In this document: piece by piece, positions 1-8,944 of the stretch | Position numbering within the stretch: position 1 is the stretch's first letter | How the letters are laid out: every line of letters starts with the position of its first letter | Made by a program: the position numbers and the translations under genes | Notes under the pieces: model-generated | Told to the model about the DNA's origin: nothing | Seen by the model: only the letters and a program-made list of their open reading frames with translations | Databases searched by the model: none | Assembly (NCBI RefSeq): GCF_002067035.1 | Contig: NZ_MVQB01000060.1 | Span: forward strand, 103,499-167,498 | Direction of reading: 5' to 3' | DNA from: Methanoregula sp. PtaB.Bin085 | GTDB lineage: Archaea > Halobacteriota > Methanomicrobia > Methanomicrobiales > Methanospirillaceae | Length of the DNA: 64,000 nucleotides

Positions 1-63
1 CACCCGGAGTTCGGAGAACGCTGAGGGAGTCTTTTCAATCCCGTACAGGAAAAAAGTGAGAGA

Positions 64-516
64 TCAGTATTCGTACAGCACGGCCTCGTCAATCCGCGTG
101 TACGTCGAAAGTTCTGCCGGTTTGAAGTGAATCCCGATCTCGCGGGCTGCACTCTCCGGTGAATCGGATCCGTGGATGACATTGCGCCCGATATCGAGGC
201 CGTAGTCCCCGCGGATAGTGCCGGGTGCTGCCTCCTGCGGGTTTGTTGCACCGATAATCCTGCGGGCGACCGTCACCGCATTCCGTCCTTCCCACACCAT
301 GAGGAAGACCGGGCCTCCCATAATATACTGCTTGAGGGAGGGGAAGAAGGGTTTGGAGAGGTGTTCCTTATACTGGTCGGTGACACGGGCCTCCGGCAGT
401 TTTTCAAACCGAGCTGCAACGAGTTTCAGCCCCTTCTTCTCAAACCGTGAAACAATATCCCCGACAAGTCCCCGCTGGACACCGTCGGGTTTGATCATGA
501 CGAAGGTGCGGTCCAT
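64..516 (-). CDS. ndk: nucleoside diphosphate kinase
   Basis: 150-aa product from internal ATG ([19 protein letters not shown]...). NDK motifs include active-site NVIHGSD. The 19 extra N-terminal residues in the ORF track look non-coding. Confidence 0.95.
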   Translation of the reverse strand: MDRTFVMIKPDGVQRGLVGDIVSRFEKKGLKLVAARFEKLPEARVTDQYKEHLSKPFFPSLKQYIMGGPVFLMVWEGRNAVTVARRIIGATNPQEAAPGTIRGDYGLDIGRNVIHGSDSPESAAREIGIHFKPAELSTYTRIDEAVLYEY

Positions 517-526
517 AAAAAAAAGC

Positions 527-721
527 TCACTCCTTCTTGCCGGAGGCTTTCCTTCCGGCAGAAGTCCATTCAACGCGGCGGGGGACCCGGCCGAGCTTCT
601 GGTTGTTCTCGCACTTGGTGCTGCAGAAGTAAAAGATGGTCCCGTCTTTTTTTATGAGCATCTTACCGGTACCCGGCTCAAGCTGGGCGCCACAGAAGGT
701 GCACACGTTTTGTTCAACCAT
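527..721 (-). CDS. rpl24e: 50S ribosomal protein L24e
   Basis: 64 aa, zinc-ribbon CTFCG...FCSTKC typical of L24e. Sits in the conserved archaeal L7Ae-S28e-L24e-ndk order. Confidence 0.95.
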   Translation of the reverse strand: MVEQNVCTFCGAQLEPGTGKMLIKKDGTIFYFCSTKCENNQKLGRVPRRVEWTSAGRKASGKKE

Positions 722-724
722 TGT

Positions 725-934
725 TTACCTCCTTGACATCTTCTTTGCTTCGCGCTCGGTCTCAAGGAGCATGACGATATCCCCCTCGCGGATCGGGCCG
801 ACCGTGTTGCGCGTGATAATCCGGCCTTTGTTGGTGCCATCGAGGATGCGGCACTTGACCTGCATTGCTTCACCGTGCATGCCGGTGGAGCCAACGACCT
901 CGATTACTTCTGCCGGCGTTGCATCGTCTGCCAT
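725..934 (-). CDS. rps28e: 30S ribosomal protein S28e
   Basis: 69 aa, [24 protein letters not shown]...[18 protein letters not shown] matches S28e. Confidence 0.95.
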   Translation of the reverse strand: MADDATPAEVIEVVGSTGMHGEAMQVKCRILDGTNKGRIITRNTVGPIREGDIVMLLETEREAKKMSRR

Positions 935-944
935 GGTAATACCC

Positions 945-1313
945 TCACGCCTTCAGCGCGGCAAGCTGCTTTGCAAGCTCATCGATCGTTTCCTTCGCTT
1001 TGCCAGGCTTGATGATGGCTGCAGCCGCGGAGCCGACATCGAGGCCGCTTGCGGCACCGATATCGTTCTGCTTGTTGATGAAGATATACGGGATCTTCTT
1101 CTCGTCACAAAGGGGAGCAAGGTGCATGACGATCTCTTCGGGCTCGACATCTGCACCGATCACGACGAGGGATGCAATTCCGCGTTCAATGGCTTTTGTT
1201 GCCTCATTGGATCCCTTCTTGATCTTTCCGGTGTCTCTTGCAACCTCAAGGGCTTCAAGCGCCTTGTTCTGGAGCTCCTCGGGAGCCTGTGTTTTAACAT
1301 AACCTTTTGCCAT
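945..1313 (-). CDS. rpl7ae: 50S ribosomal protein L7Ae (k-turn binding protein)
   Basis: 122 aa, ...[39 protein letters not shown]... is the canonical L7Ae/L30e fold sequence. Confidence 0.95.
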   Translation of the reverse strand: MAKGYVKTQAPEELQNKALEALEVARDTGKIKKGSNEATKAIERGIASLVVIGADVEPEEIVMHLAPLCDEKKIPYIFINKQNDIGAASGLDVGSAAAAIIKPGKAKETIDELAKQLAALKA

Positions 1314-1320
1314 AACTCAC

Positions 1321-1360
1321 CTCATTCAGGAGTTGATCGCTCCTTCATTACTCATCAGTC
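1321..1360 (-). promoter_or_regulatory. candidate k-turn-like element in rpl7ae 5' leader
   Basis: The mRNA strand reads CUGAUGAGUAAUGAAGGAGCGAUCAACUCCUGAAUGAG. C-box-like UGAUGA and D-box-like CUGA flank a GGAG/CUCC hairpin 8-47 nt upstream of the ATG. A canonical k-turn could not be drawn with certainty. Confidence 0.25.
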
Positions 1361-1462
1361 AGCAATGATGTAGCCATATCAATTCAACAGGAACGGAAAT
1401 AAAGGTTTGTGCACAGGTGATCCGGGGGTGACAACGGCACACCGTTTGTTATCCGCAGGGCA

Positions 1463-3502
1463 TCACACGAGCCGGTAGATATCGGTTCCGCGGGATGAAT
1501 ATATTTTCGTCAGTCCATCAGCGGGTAACGCCACCACATACCGCTCGCGTTCGGGAGTGCCGACATAGAGCAGGGTCGCGTTGTATTTTTTCATCAGCGG
1601 TACGGTCATTTCCGGCTGCTCATAGATTGCCCTGATATCTGCCGGGCGCTCCGAGTACCACCCGTCATCGTTGCCTCTCCACATGAACTCGTGGAACGGC
1701 TGGCCGACGATTGAGGGAATTCCCGTGAATGACGAGACCCGGGAATAATACGAATAATCGCCCTTCTCGGCTTCGACAAGGATCTCCCGGCTGTCAAGGG
1801 ACCTGAGGAACGCTATCGCACCGGCATCAGCAGGGTTCTGGATTTCCAGATACGCGAGGCCGTCGAGAGTTCCCGGAGCATAACTGACCGGTGCTACGAT
1901 CACGAACGGGAGGATGAAAAGGATTGTTATGGTGACAACGGTCAGGATCGCAGTTCCTGTCCTTGAAAACTCAGGCAGTCTCAGGGAAACAGCACACCAG
2001 CGTCCTGCCATGACAAACGAAGCAGTTCCAAGCATCAGCCATGCGGGAAGGTAGCACTTGAAGACCGTATTCATCCGGAAAAACGTTTCGCCCATGTTAT
2101 CCTTCATATACACCAGTTCGCATGCGATGAGAATCGCAAGGCCGAATGCGGCAATGATGCCGGGAATATCCCGGTCGGCTTTTGCAACGAGATACACGAA
2201 CGGAATGACCGCGATCGCTGCCGCAACGTACCCGGGGAGGGCAAACGGCAGGCACACAAGCAGGAGCCATGGCTTTTTCCGGATCTCCGGAACAAGGAGT
2301 GCTAACAGGAGGGCGATGAAGATACCGTTCACCCAGAGGAACTGGAGAGGATCCGAGGGGGTTCGGACGAGTGCAATTGCCCCGGTGTGGGTTTTCAGCT
2401 GGAGGTAGAACGGCAGATAACAGAGGATCGATACGGGGGGAATCACAAGCAGAAATGCCCAGGCAGACCGGTCGCTGGAAGACCGGTGTCTCCAGATAAG
2501 GAGAAATGCCGTGATGACCACAAGGGGAGCGTAGAGAAGCACATCCCATGTGTTGAAGAGCGGCATGGACCCGAGACTTATTGCGACAAGTACCATGGTC
2601 CAGCATTTCCCCGCCCGTTCCAGCGTTTCCCAGCGTTTGTATGCATAGATGAGAAGGAAGAGCAGGAAGACCTGGTTGAAGATGGAAACCACATGGGCAT
2701 GAACGTCCCCCCAGACAAACGAGAAGAGAGGATACTCGTTGATGGTGTTGGTTATCGTACGGGTCCCCAGCCATGACAGGGATGAATCATATGCCGGATT
2801 GACTGCCTTTCCCGTGATAATCTGATAGATCAGTGCCGGATTTGGCATTACAAGGGTGACAAGGGGGAGCCAGCGGAGGCGGTCGAGGAGCAGAGTACCG
2901 ATGGCATAGAGGCTGATCGCAGAAAGGGCAAAGATTGTCGGGAGAGACAGGTTGAATGCAATCGTTGACGGGACGCCGGAGACTATCGCAAGACACCCGA
3001 GCATCCAGTAGCCGAGATAATAGTAGACGTTCAGGAAACCCCCGGAGAACCACGGATCGAGCGGGGGGACAACCGGCTCCCGTATCACGGAAGCGAGGAA
3101 ACCGTGGTCCATGAACTTCTCGGCATAGGAGATAGTCGGATTGGCAAAGCGGATATCCAGCATGAAAAAGAAAGCAATGAGGAAAAGAGCTTCCCAGTGC
3201 CAGACGGATTTCAGTTCTTCAGGGGAATAATCTCTATGGTACAGGTGGTATGCCATAAGAGCAAGGAACGGGAGAAGCGCAAGATGGATTGGCAGCCGGA
3301 CAAGTCCGCAGTACCATGAGAGTATGGTGAAAAGAAGGACCGATGCCGGAAACGCAGCAGGGAAAGCAAATTGTCCGAATGTTTTCTTCAGTGACGGGTA
3401 AAGCGAGAGCTGGAGGAGCGTGAGGACAACGAGCCAGCTGATAACACAGAAGGCCTGCTGTTCAGCTGGCAGGCGGTTCCCCCCCTTCGAGTCTGCTGTC
3501 AA
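1463..3502 (-). CDS. YYY-motif polytopic membrane protein (Chlor_Arch_YYY / DUF2298-like, GT-C-like topology, function unknown)
   Basis: 679-aa highly hydrophobic ORF carrying the diagnostic NVYYYLGYW motif. Its start overlaps the upstream gene by 41 nt. Confidence 0.75.
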   Translation of the reverse strand: MTADSKGGNRLPAEQQAFCVISWLVVLTLLQLSLYPSLKKTFGQFAFPAAFPASVLLFTILSWYCGLVRLPIHLALLPFLALMAYHLYHRDYSPEELKSVWHWEALFLIAFFFMLDIRFANPTISYAEKFMDHGFLASVIREPVVPPLDPWFSGGFLNVYYYLGYWMLGCLAIVSGVPSTIAFNLSLPTIFALSAISLYAIGTLLLDRLRWLPLVTLVMPNPALIYQIITGKAVNPAYDSSLSWLGTRTITNTINEYPLFSFVWGDVHAHVVSIFNQVFLLFLLIYAYKRWETLERAGKCWTMVLVAISLGSMPLFNTWDVLLYAPLVVITAFLLIWRHRSSSDRSAWAFLLVIPPVSILCYLPFYLQLKTHTGAIALVRTPSDPLQFLWVNGIFIALLLALLVPEIRKKPWLLLVCLPFALPGYVAAAIAVIPFVYLVAKADRDIPGIIAAFGLAILIACELVYMKDNMGETFFRMNTVFKCYLPAWLMLGTASFVMAGRWCAVSLRLPEFSRTGTAILTVVTITILFILPFVIVAPVSYAPGTLDGLAYLEIQNPADAGAIAFLRSLDSREILVEAEKGDYSYYSRVSSFTGIPSIVGQPFHEFMWRGNDDGWYSERPADIRAIYEQPEMTVPLMKKYNATLLYVGTPERERYVVALPADGLTKIYSSRGTDIYRLV

Positions 3503-4436
3503 GTGCCGTCTTTATCGTGGGAACCACCCAGTCACCGAGGTAATAGATCGAGACAATACCACCAACAAGAGTAACAAGATTCTTGATGAGATGATCGATA
3601 ATTGCAATCAGGATTGCAGCAGAGGCCGACACCCCTCCTGCGAGCCCGAAGGTAAACCAGAGGGCTGCTTCATAGGTACCCATGCCACCCGGCGTGAGCG
3701 GGACCGCTTTGACCAGGTTTCCGATGACAATCCCAAGGACAATGATGACAAAGGGGATCTGCTCATCAAACATCCTTACAACAGCATAACAGACCAGAAC
3801 GTCAAGGAGCCAGATGATAATCGAAGATATGCTCAGGATAATAATGGACCTGATGTTGAGGGATGCCCGACGGATTTCATGGAGCATATTCAGGATAATC
3901 ATGAGATACCTGTTTTCGGAACTGAACCGGCCGATTAAGAGGAGGAAGAGAAAAAACAGCGCACCTGCTGCAAGGGGAACAATGATCAGGGTTGTAAACC
4001 ACGCCGGAGCATTCAAAATAAAAAGGAGTGAGACTGCTCCGAGCAGGGCGACCGTAATAATATCAAAGACGCGTTCGACAACAAGCGAGGATATCCCTTC
4101 CGAGTATGTGGTGCCGTACTCGTGTTTCAGGATGAAGATCCGGACAAAATCACCGAGACGGGCCGGTAGTATCAGGTTCACGGTCTGGCTGACAAAAATA
4201 CAAGCTGTTGAAACGGTGACGCTGACAGTATAATTGAGGCTTTTCAGGATGGAGTGGTAACGCCAGCCCCGGAGCCACCAGGCACACAGGCAGATGGCAA
4301 CGGCGATCGCAAGGTAGAGGGGGATGATATGCCGGATTGCTACGATGAGATCGTCCCGGATGCTGTAGAGCATATAGCCGAGGATCCCGACAGCAATGAG
4401 CGTCGGAATGGCAATGGCGCTAATTTTCCGATACAT
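3462..4436 (-). CDS. flippase-like membrane protein (LPG-synthase-TM / UPF0104 family)
   Basis: About 324 aa, multi-TM, with the conserved PLTPGGMGTYEAAL motif of this family. Start chosen at MYRKISAIAI (ATG 4436), a 17-nt overlap with the GT2 gene. Earlier in-frame ATGs at 4484 and 4517 are possible. Confidence 0.65.
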   Translation of the reverse strand: MYRKISAIAIPTLIAVGILGYMLYSIRDDLIVAIRHIIPLYLAIAVAICLCAWWLRGWRYHSILKSLNYTVSVTVSTACIFVSQTVNLILPARLGDFVRIFILKHEYGTTYSEGISSLVVERVFDIITVALLGAVSLLFILNAPAWFTTLIIVPLAAGALFFLFLLLIGRFSSENRYLMIILNMLHEIRRASLNIRSIIILSISSIIIWLLDVLVCYAVVRMFDEQIPFVIIVLGIVIGNLVKAVPLTPGGMGTYEAALWFTFGLAGGVSASAAILIAIIDHLIKNLVTLVGGIVSIYYLGDWVVPTIKTALDSRLEGGEPPAS

Positions 4437-5136
4437 GAATCTGCCACCACAAACGCAGGATTGCAGTGCCCATCTCGAACACATCCCTGAACCGTACTGT
4501 TGTGCCTTTCCCTGCACGCCACCGTACCGGTAATTCTGAAATCCGGTATCCTTTGCGCTGGGACCGTACCAGGATCTCGGTATCCCAGAACCAGTGATTT
4601 GACCGGATGGCAGGAAGAACAGGGAGAATCCGATCCCGGTTAAATGCTTTGAACCCGCACTGGTGGTCGTATATGCTGCTCCGCAGGATCAGCCTGACGA
4701 GGAGGTTGTATCCCCGGCTCGCGATCTCCCGGTCACCGGAGCGAACGATATCGCTGTCAGGCAGCAGCCTCGAGCCGGTCGATATATCCGAACCGTCACG
4801 GACTGCGGATATCAGGGCCGGGAGGTGTTTCATGTCTGTTGCGAGATCCACATCGTAATAGCAGACGATTGATCCCCGGGCTTCCCGGATAGCCCGGTTC
4901 AGCGCCCTTCCCCGTCCCTGGCGTTCATCGCTGTGGAGGAGGCGGACACGGGGGTCCCGCTTTTCAAACTCACGGACATATTCCGTGCTTCCATCGGTGC
5001 TGCCATCTTCGGCAACAAGGATCTCGAAATCGGGAGTTATTGCAGAGAGTGTATCAACAGAAGTCTCAAGAGCGATCTCGAGCGAGGGGCGGTCGTTAAA
5101 GACCGGAATGATGGCGGTTATCGCCGTCTCAGCCAT
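4420..5136 (-). CDS. family 2 glycosyltransferase (polyprenyl-phosphate hexose synthase-like)
   Basis: AIIPVFNDRPSL, VAEDGSTDGS and YYDVDLATD (DxD) motifs. Start at MAETAIT (ATG 5136) gives an 8-nt overlap with the upstream gene. Confidence 0.85.
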   Translation of the reverse strand: MAETAITAIIPVFNDRPSLEIALETSVDTLSAITPDFEILVAEDGSTDGSTEYVREFEKRDPRVRLLHSDERQGRGRALNRAIREARGSIVCYYDVDLATDMKHLPALISAVRDGSDISTGSRLLPDSDIVRSGDREIASRGYNLLVRLILRSSIYDHQCGFKAFNRDRILPVLPAIRSNHWFWDTEILVRSQRKGYRISELPVRWRAGKGTTVRFRDVFEMGTAILRLWWQIHVSEN

Positions 5137-6361
5137 GGATATTTCCCCCGCTGATGCATGCAGCTGCTTCTCTTCCTGCCCTGACTGACCCCTCCATGCT
5201 GCGTTCAGGATAATTCGTCCGGGAGAACATACCTGCCATGTAGAGGCCCTGCTGCTCATACGAGGGAATCAGCGATTTATAACCGGTAGTGTAGACCGGG
5301 CCGGCGAAGGGATCGACAGCAACCCTGTGCCACCGGATCTCTGCCGGTGCAACAGAAAACCGGGTGCAGAAATCGTCGATCATGACCCTGTCGGCGTTTG
5401 CCGGGAGGTTGCCGGAGAAATACGAGGCAAGATATATGATGTGTTCGCCATACCGTTCACGGGGGATGAAATTTGTATGACTGACGACAGCACCGTAGGG
5501 CGCCCGGTCCTTCATGTTCAGCCAGTAGATGCCGTGGGTCACATCCCGGTCAATCGCGAGCGTAACACACGCAGCACCCTGATAGGGAATCGGAGGAATA
5601 GCAGGTCCGCCGGCTTTCTGCAGTACCTGGGGAGGTATGGTGGATAATACCGCATCATACGTCGTATGGTTGACCGCCCATTTCTCCCCTGTACGGGTGA
5701 GCGAGGTAACCGGAGTCCCTTTCCCGATGATCCCCCCATTCTTTTCTATGGATTTTTCCAGGGAATCAATAAGGCGCTGGAAGCCCCCGTTGAGATACCC
5801 GAGGCGTTCACCCGATACTCCGCGATCAGACCGGATCGCTATCCTGCTGAAAAGCCATGCAGCAGAGACTTCCTTTCTCCGATCCCCGAACTTGCTTTTC
5901 AGGAGCGGCTCGAAAAACGAAGTGTAGACGTTGTCACCGAGATGATCGATAATATAACGCTCCGCCGGGATATCGTCAAGAGCGGCGAGATCCGTTTTTT
6001 TTGCTGTCAGGGTCAGCAATCCGAGCCGGGCTTTCCCCAGAAGAGAGAGTTCGGGATACCGGATAATCTCCGCAGGCGTATTGAGGGGATAGACTGTACC
6101 GCCGGAGTAATACCCGGTTGTCCCGGTCCTCCATTCAAGACTCTCATGGATTCCCAGTTCCCTCATCAGGGCAAACAGGTGGTTATCTCCGGAGAAACAG
6201 TGATGGTAATACCGCTCGATCCAGTATCCATTGACATTATACGAGGACAGGCAGCCACCAAGGTACGGCATCTTCTCGAACAGATGGATCTCGTGTTCAC
6301 CGGCAAGCATATGTGCAGCTGCAAGGCCGGTCAATCCTCCGCCGATGATACAGATCCGCAT
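5129..6361 (-). CDS. NAD(P)/FAD-dependent oxidoreductase (phytoene desaturase / amine oxidase-like)
   Basis: Starts MRICIIGGGLTGLAAAHML...FEKMPYLGG (dinucleotide-binding fold), 410 aa. The ORF-track 5' extension (6362-6838) has no protein-like features. Confidence 0.8.
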   Translation of the reverse strand: MRICIIGGGLTGLAAAHMLAGEHEIHLFEKMPYLGGCLSSYNVNGYWIERYYHHCFSGDNHLFALMRELGIHESLEWRTGTTGYYSGGTVYPLNTPAEIIRYPELSLLGKARLGLLTLTAKKTDLAALDDIPAERYIIDHLGDNVYTSFFEPLLKSKFGDRRKEVSAAWLFSRIAIRSDRGVSGERLGYLNGGFQRLIDSLEKSIEKNGGIIGKGTPVTSLTRTGEKWAVNHTTYDAVLSTIPPQVLQKAGGPAIPPIPYQGAACVTLAIDRDVTHGIYWLNMKDRAPYGAVVSHTNFIPRERYGEHIIYLASYFSGNLPANADRVMIDDFCTRFSVAPAEIRWHRVAVDPFAGPVYTTGYKSLIPSYEQQGLYMAGMFSRTNYPERSMEGSVRAGREAAACISGGNIHG

Positions 6362-6553
6362 GGTTCCTGATCCATAGTATTTTTCATGGCGAAATGAAAA
6401 AGGCTCCGTAATAGAGCGGAAAAGAGCAGTACATCCCCGTAGATACGATAAGAAAGTTTTTGTACTGTTGAATTCAAGTTCATACGAGTAAAAGGTCTTA
6501 AAAGGAATTAAAAGAAAATAATTATCCGTTAGCCCATTGGATGGTGTAACCAG

Positions 6554-7732
6554 ATGCGCGTATTTTTCATAGGGTTTGGTCAAGCGGGCGGCAAAATTGT
6601 CGATATGTTCATCGAACAGGACAGGAAGCTCGGGACCAACAGTTTCCGGGGGATTGCTGTAAATACTGCGCGAACCGACCTGATGGGACTCAAGAACATC
6701 GAGATGAAAGACCGGATCCTGATAGGGCAGACCATGGTCAAGGGGCATGGTGTCGGCACCGATAACGTGACCGGTGCCCGGGTCACCGCTGACGAGATCG
6801 ACAGCATCATCAGCGCCATAGACATACGCGGAACCCATGATGTGGATGCATTCGTTATTGTTGCCGGTCTCGGCGGGGGAACCGGATCCGGAGGTTCACC
6901 GGTCCTTGCCCGCCACCTCAAGCGGATTTACCGGGAGCCGGTATATGCCCTCGGGATCATCCCGGCACCGGAAGAAGGCCGCCTCTATTCCTACAATGCA
7001 GCCCGGAGTCTCACAACCCTCGTGAATGAATGCGACAATACGTTTATTTTTGACAACAGCGCCTGGAAGAACGAGGGGGAGAGTGTCAAGGGTGCATTCC
7101 AGCGCCTGAACAATGAGGTTGTCCGGCGATTCGGTGTCCTCTTCCGTGCCGGTGAAGTGACCCGGATGGGCGTAGGCGAAATGGTCGTCGACTCCAGTGA
7201 GATCATCAACACCCTTCGCGGGGGAGGCATTACTTCCGTGGGATATGCAATCAGCGAAGTGATGAGCAAGCGCACCAAGGACAAGCGGGGGCTTATCGGG
7301 GGTCTCAAGAATAAACTCGGCGGAAGGAAAGAAGCAAATGAAGAGGTTCTTCTCGGGGAAGATCGGTCGGCAAAGATCGTCGCCCTCGTCCGCAGGGCGA
7401 TGCTGGGGAGGCTGACACTACCCTGCGATTATTCGACCGCGGAACGGGCGCTGGTTATCATTGCCGGCCCTCCTGACGAAATGGACCGGAAAGGTGTTGA
7501 AAAAGCGAAGAGCTGGGTCGAGGAGAATATCGCCGGCGTTGAAGTCCGGGGAGGAGACTACCCGGTGCAGAGCGAGTATGTCGCTGCAGTCGTCATGCTG
7601 GCAACAGTCGGCAATGCACCGAGGATCAAGGAACTCCTTGATATCGCAAAGGAGACAAAAGAAGATGTTATTAAATCAAAAGAGAAAAAGAGCAGTATGT
7701 TTGAGGAGGGTATCGACCCCTTATTTGAGTGA
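6554..7732 (+). CDS. cetZ: tubulin/FtsZ-superfamily GTPase, CetZ-like
   Basis: GFGQAGGKIVD N-terminus and tubulin signature AGLGGGTGSGGSP. The 392-aa architecture resembles CetZ rather than FtsZ1/2. Confidence 0.85.
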   Translation: MRVFFIGFGQAGGKIVDMFIEQDRKLGTNSFRGIAVNTARTDLMGLKNIEMKDRILIGQTMVKGHGVGTDNVTGARVTADEIDSIISAIDIRGTHDVDAFVIVAGLGGGTGSGGSPVLARHLKRIYREPVYALGIIPAPEEGRLYSYNAARSLTTLVNECDNTFIFDNSAWKNEGESVKGAFQRLNNEVVRRFGVLFRAGEVTRMGVGEMVVDSSEIINTLRGGGITSVGYAISEVMSKRTKDKRGLIGGLKNKLGGRKEANEEVLLGEDRSAKIVALVRRAMLGRLTLPCDYSTAERALVIIAGPPDEMDRKGVEKAKSWVEENIAGVEVRGGDYPVQSEYVAAVVMLATVGNAPRIKELLDIAKETKEDVIKSKEKKSSMFEEGIDPLFE

Positions 7733-7740
7733 GGTTTCTG

Positions 7741-8871
7741 ATGAAGGGTATAGCTAAGTGTATTGTTCTTGCATTATCGCTGATGTTTTGTTTCCCGGCA
7801 GTATCTGCATTTGCAATGTCATCGGTCACCATCGATCCTCCCGGGCCGCTGACCGCCGGAACTCCCGTAATTATCACATTCAAGATCGACCTGACCGCAT
7901 CCGGGGACGAGACATTCCCTTCAGGAGATGAACTGCAGATGTCAACGGACCTGGACTCGGCCCAGTGGACCTGGTCCCTTGTCCTTGACGGCGTGGATAC
8001 CGTGCAACCCTCAACATCAGGAAGGGTTCTCTCGGTTTCCGGCTGGATTTTGTCCTATCCTTCCTCCATGGAAGAATCGATGAAGGTTACCCTGCAGGGT
8101 AAGGCACCGGCTTCTACCCAGACGACGAACAAGACCATGCTCAAGGTATGTGAATATGACAGTCATGGCAATCTCCTCTCCAGTTCCTGTGTGGAAAAGA
8201 CTCAGATCATCGTGAACCCGGCAGAGATAACGAAGAAAATAGCGGAGATGGAAGCATCCCTCCAGACATACAGGAGCCATATCGATGAGAAGTCCGCCCT
8301 TGGCATCGACACTGCGTCCGGAGAAGCAAAATATTCAGAGGCCGACCAGAAGATCAAGGCTGCAAAAGGCCTGCCATCGACCCAGTATCTCCAGGCATAC
8401 AGCAACCTGGATGCTGCAAAACGATCCATTGAAGACGGGGAGATTGCCCTCGACCGTGCATGGGCAGAGAGCGAGCTTGCCAATGCCCAGATCCCCATCA
8501 ACAAAGTCGACGAGATTATTGCGTGGTTCAGGTCCAATGCAAGCACCAGGGATGACGCACAGCTCGCCACCATCATGACAAAACGCGAGGTTGCCGTGAG
8601 TTACCTCGTTACTGCCCAGGACGAAATCAACAATGGCAACTACAATCAGGCGAGGGTCAAGGCGCAGGATGCCTTCAATAAGGGTAACGAATCCTACACC
8701 GATGCCCTGAACAGGCAGACTGAAATCGGGAAGGGCTTTTTTGCAAACCTGCCCATACCCAAGTTCGGGAAACTCCCGATCGTCCCCATCATCGCAGTTG
8801 TAGTGGTCGTCCTTGTCATTGTCGGTGTTTTCATCTACCGCAAGCGTTCACACTGGGACGAACTCGGATAG
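7741..8871 (+). CDS. type-I membrane-anchored surface protein (hypothetical)
   Basis: Signal peptide MKGIAKCIVLALSLMFCFPAVSAFA, an N-terminal beta-rich domain, a long helical Ala/Gln/Asp-rich region and a C-terminal TM (IIAVVVVVLVIVGVFIY) with a short basic tail. GAGG lies 6 nt before the ATG, which is 8 nt after the cetZ stop. Confidence 0.6.
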   Translation: MKGIAKCIVLALSLMFCFPAVSAFAMSSVTIDPPGPLTAGTPVIITFKIDLTASGDETFPSGDELQMSTDLDSAQWTWSLVLDGVDTVQPSTSGRVLSVSGWILSYPSSMEESMKVTLQGKAPASTQTTNKTMLKVCEYDSHGNLLSSSCVEKTQIIVNPAEITKKIAEMEASLQTYRSHIDEKSALGIDTASGEAKYSEADQKIKAAKGLPSTQYLQAYSNLDAAKRSIEDGEIALDRAWAESELANAQIPINKVDEIIAWFRSNASTRDDAQLATIMTKREVAVSYLVTAQDEINNGNYNQARVKAQDAFNKGNESYTDALNRQTEIGKGFFANLPIPKFGKLPIVPIIAVVVVVLVIVGVFIYRKRSHWDELG

Positions 8872-8944
8872 ATCCCTTCAGAAATCCACTTTTTTCTGCA
8901 CGGTAACCAGATCAAATCATTCCTCCCGGGAATCTTGGGAGAAT

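Noticed and set aside
6362-6838. 159-codon 5' extension of the FAD oxidoreductase ORF, reaching across cetZ upstream DNA.
   Set aside because: The Rossmann fold begins at ATG 6361. The extension overlaps the cetZ start region and is not protein-like.
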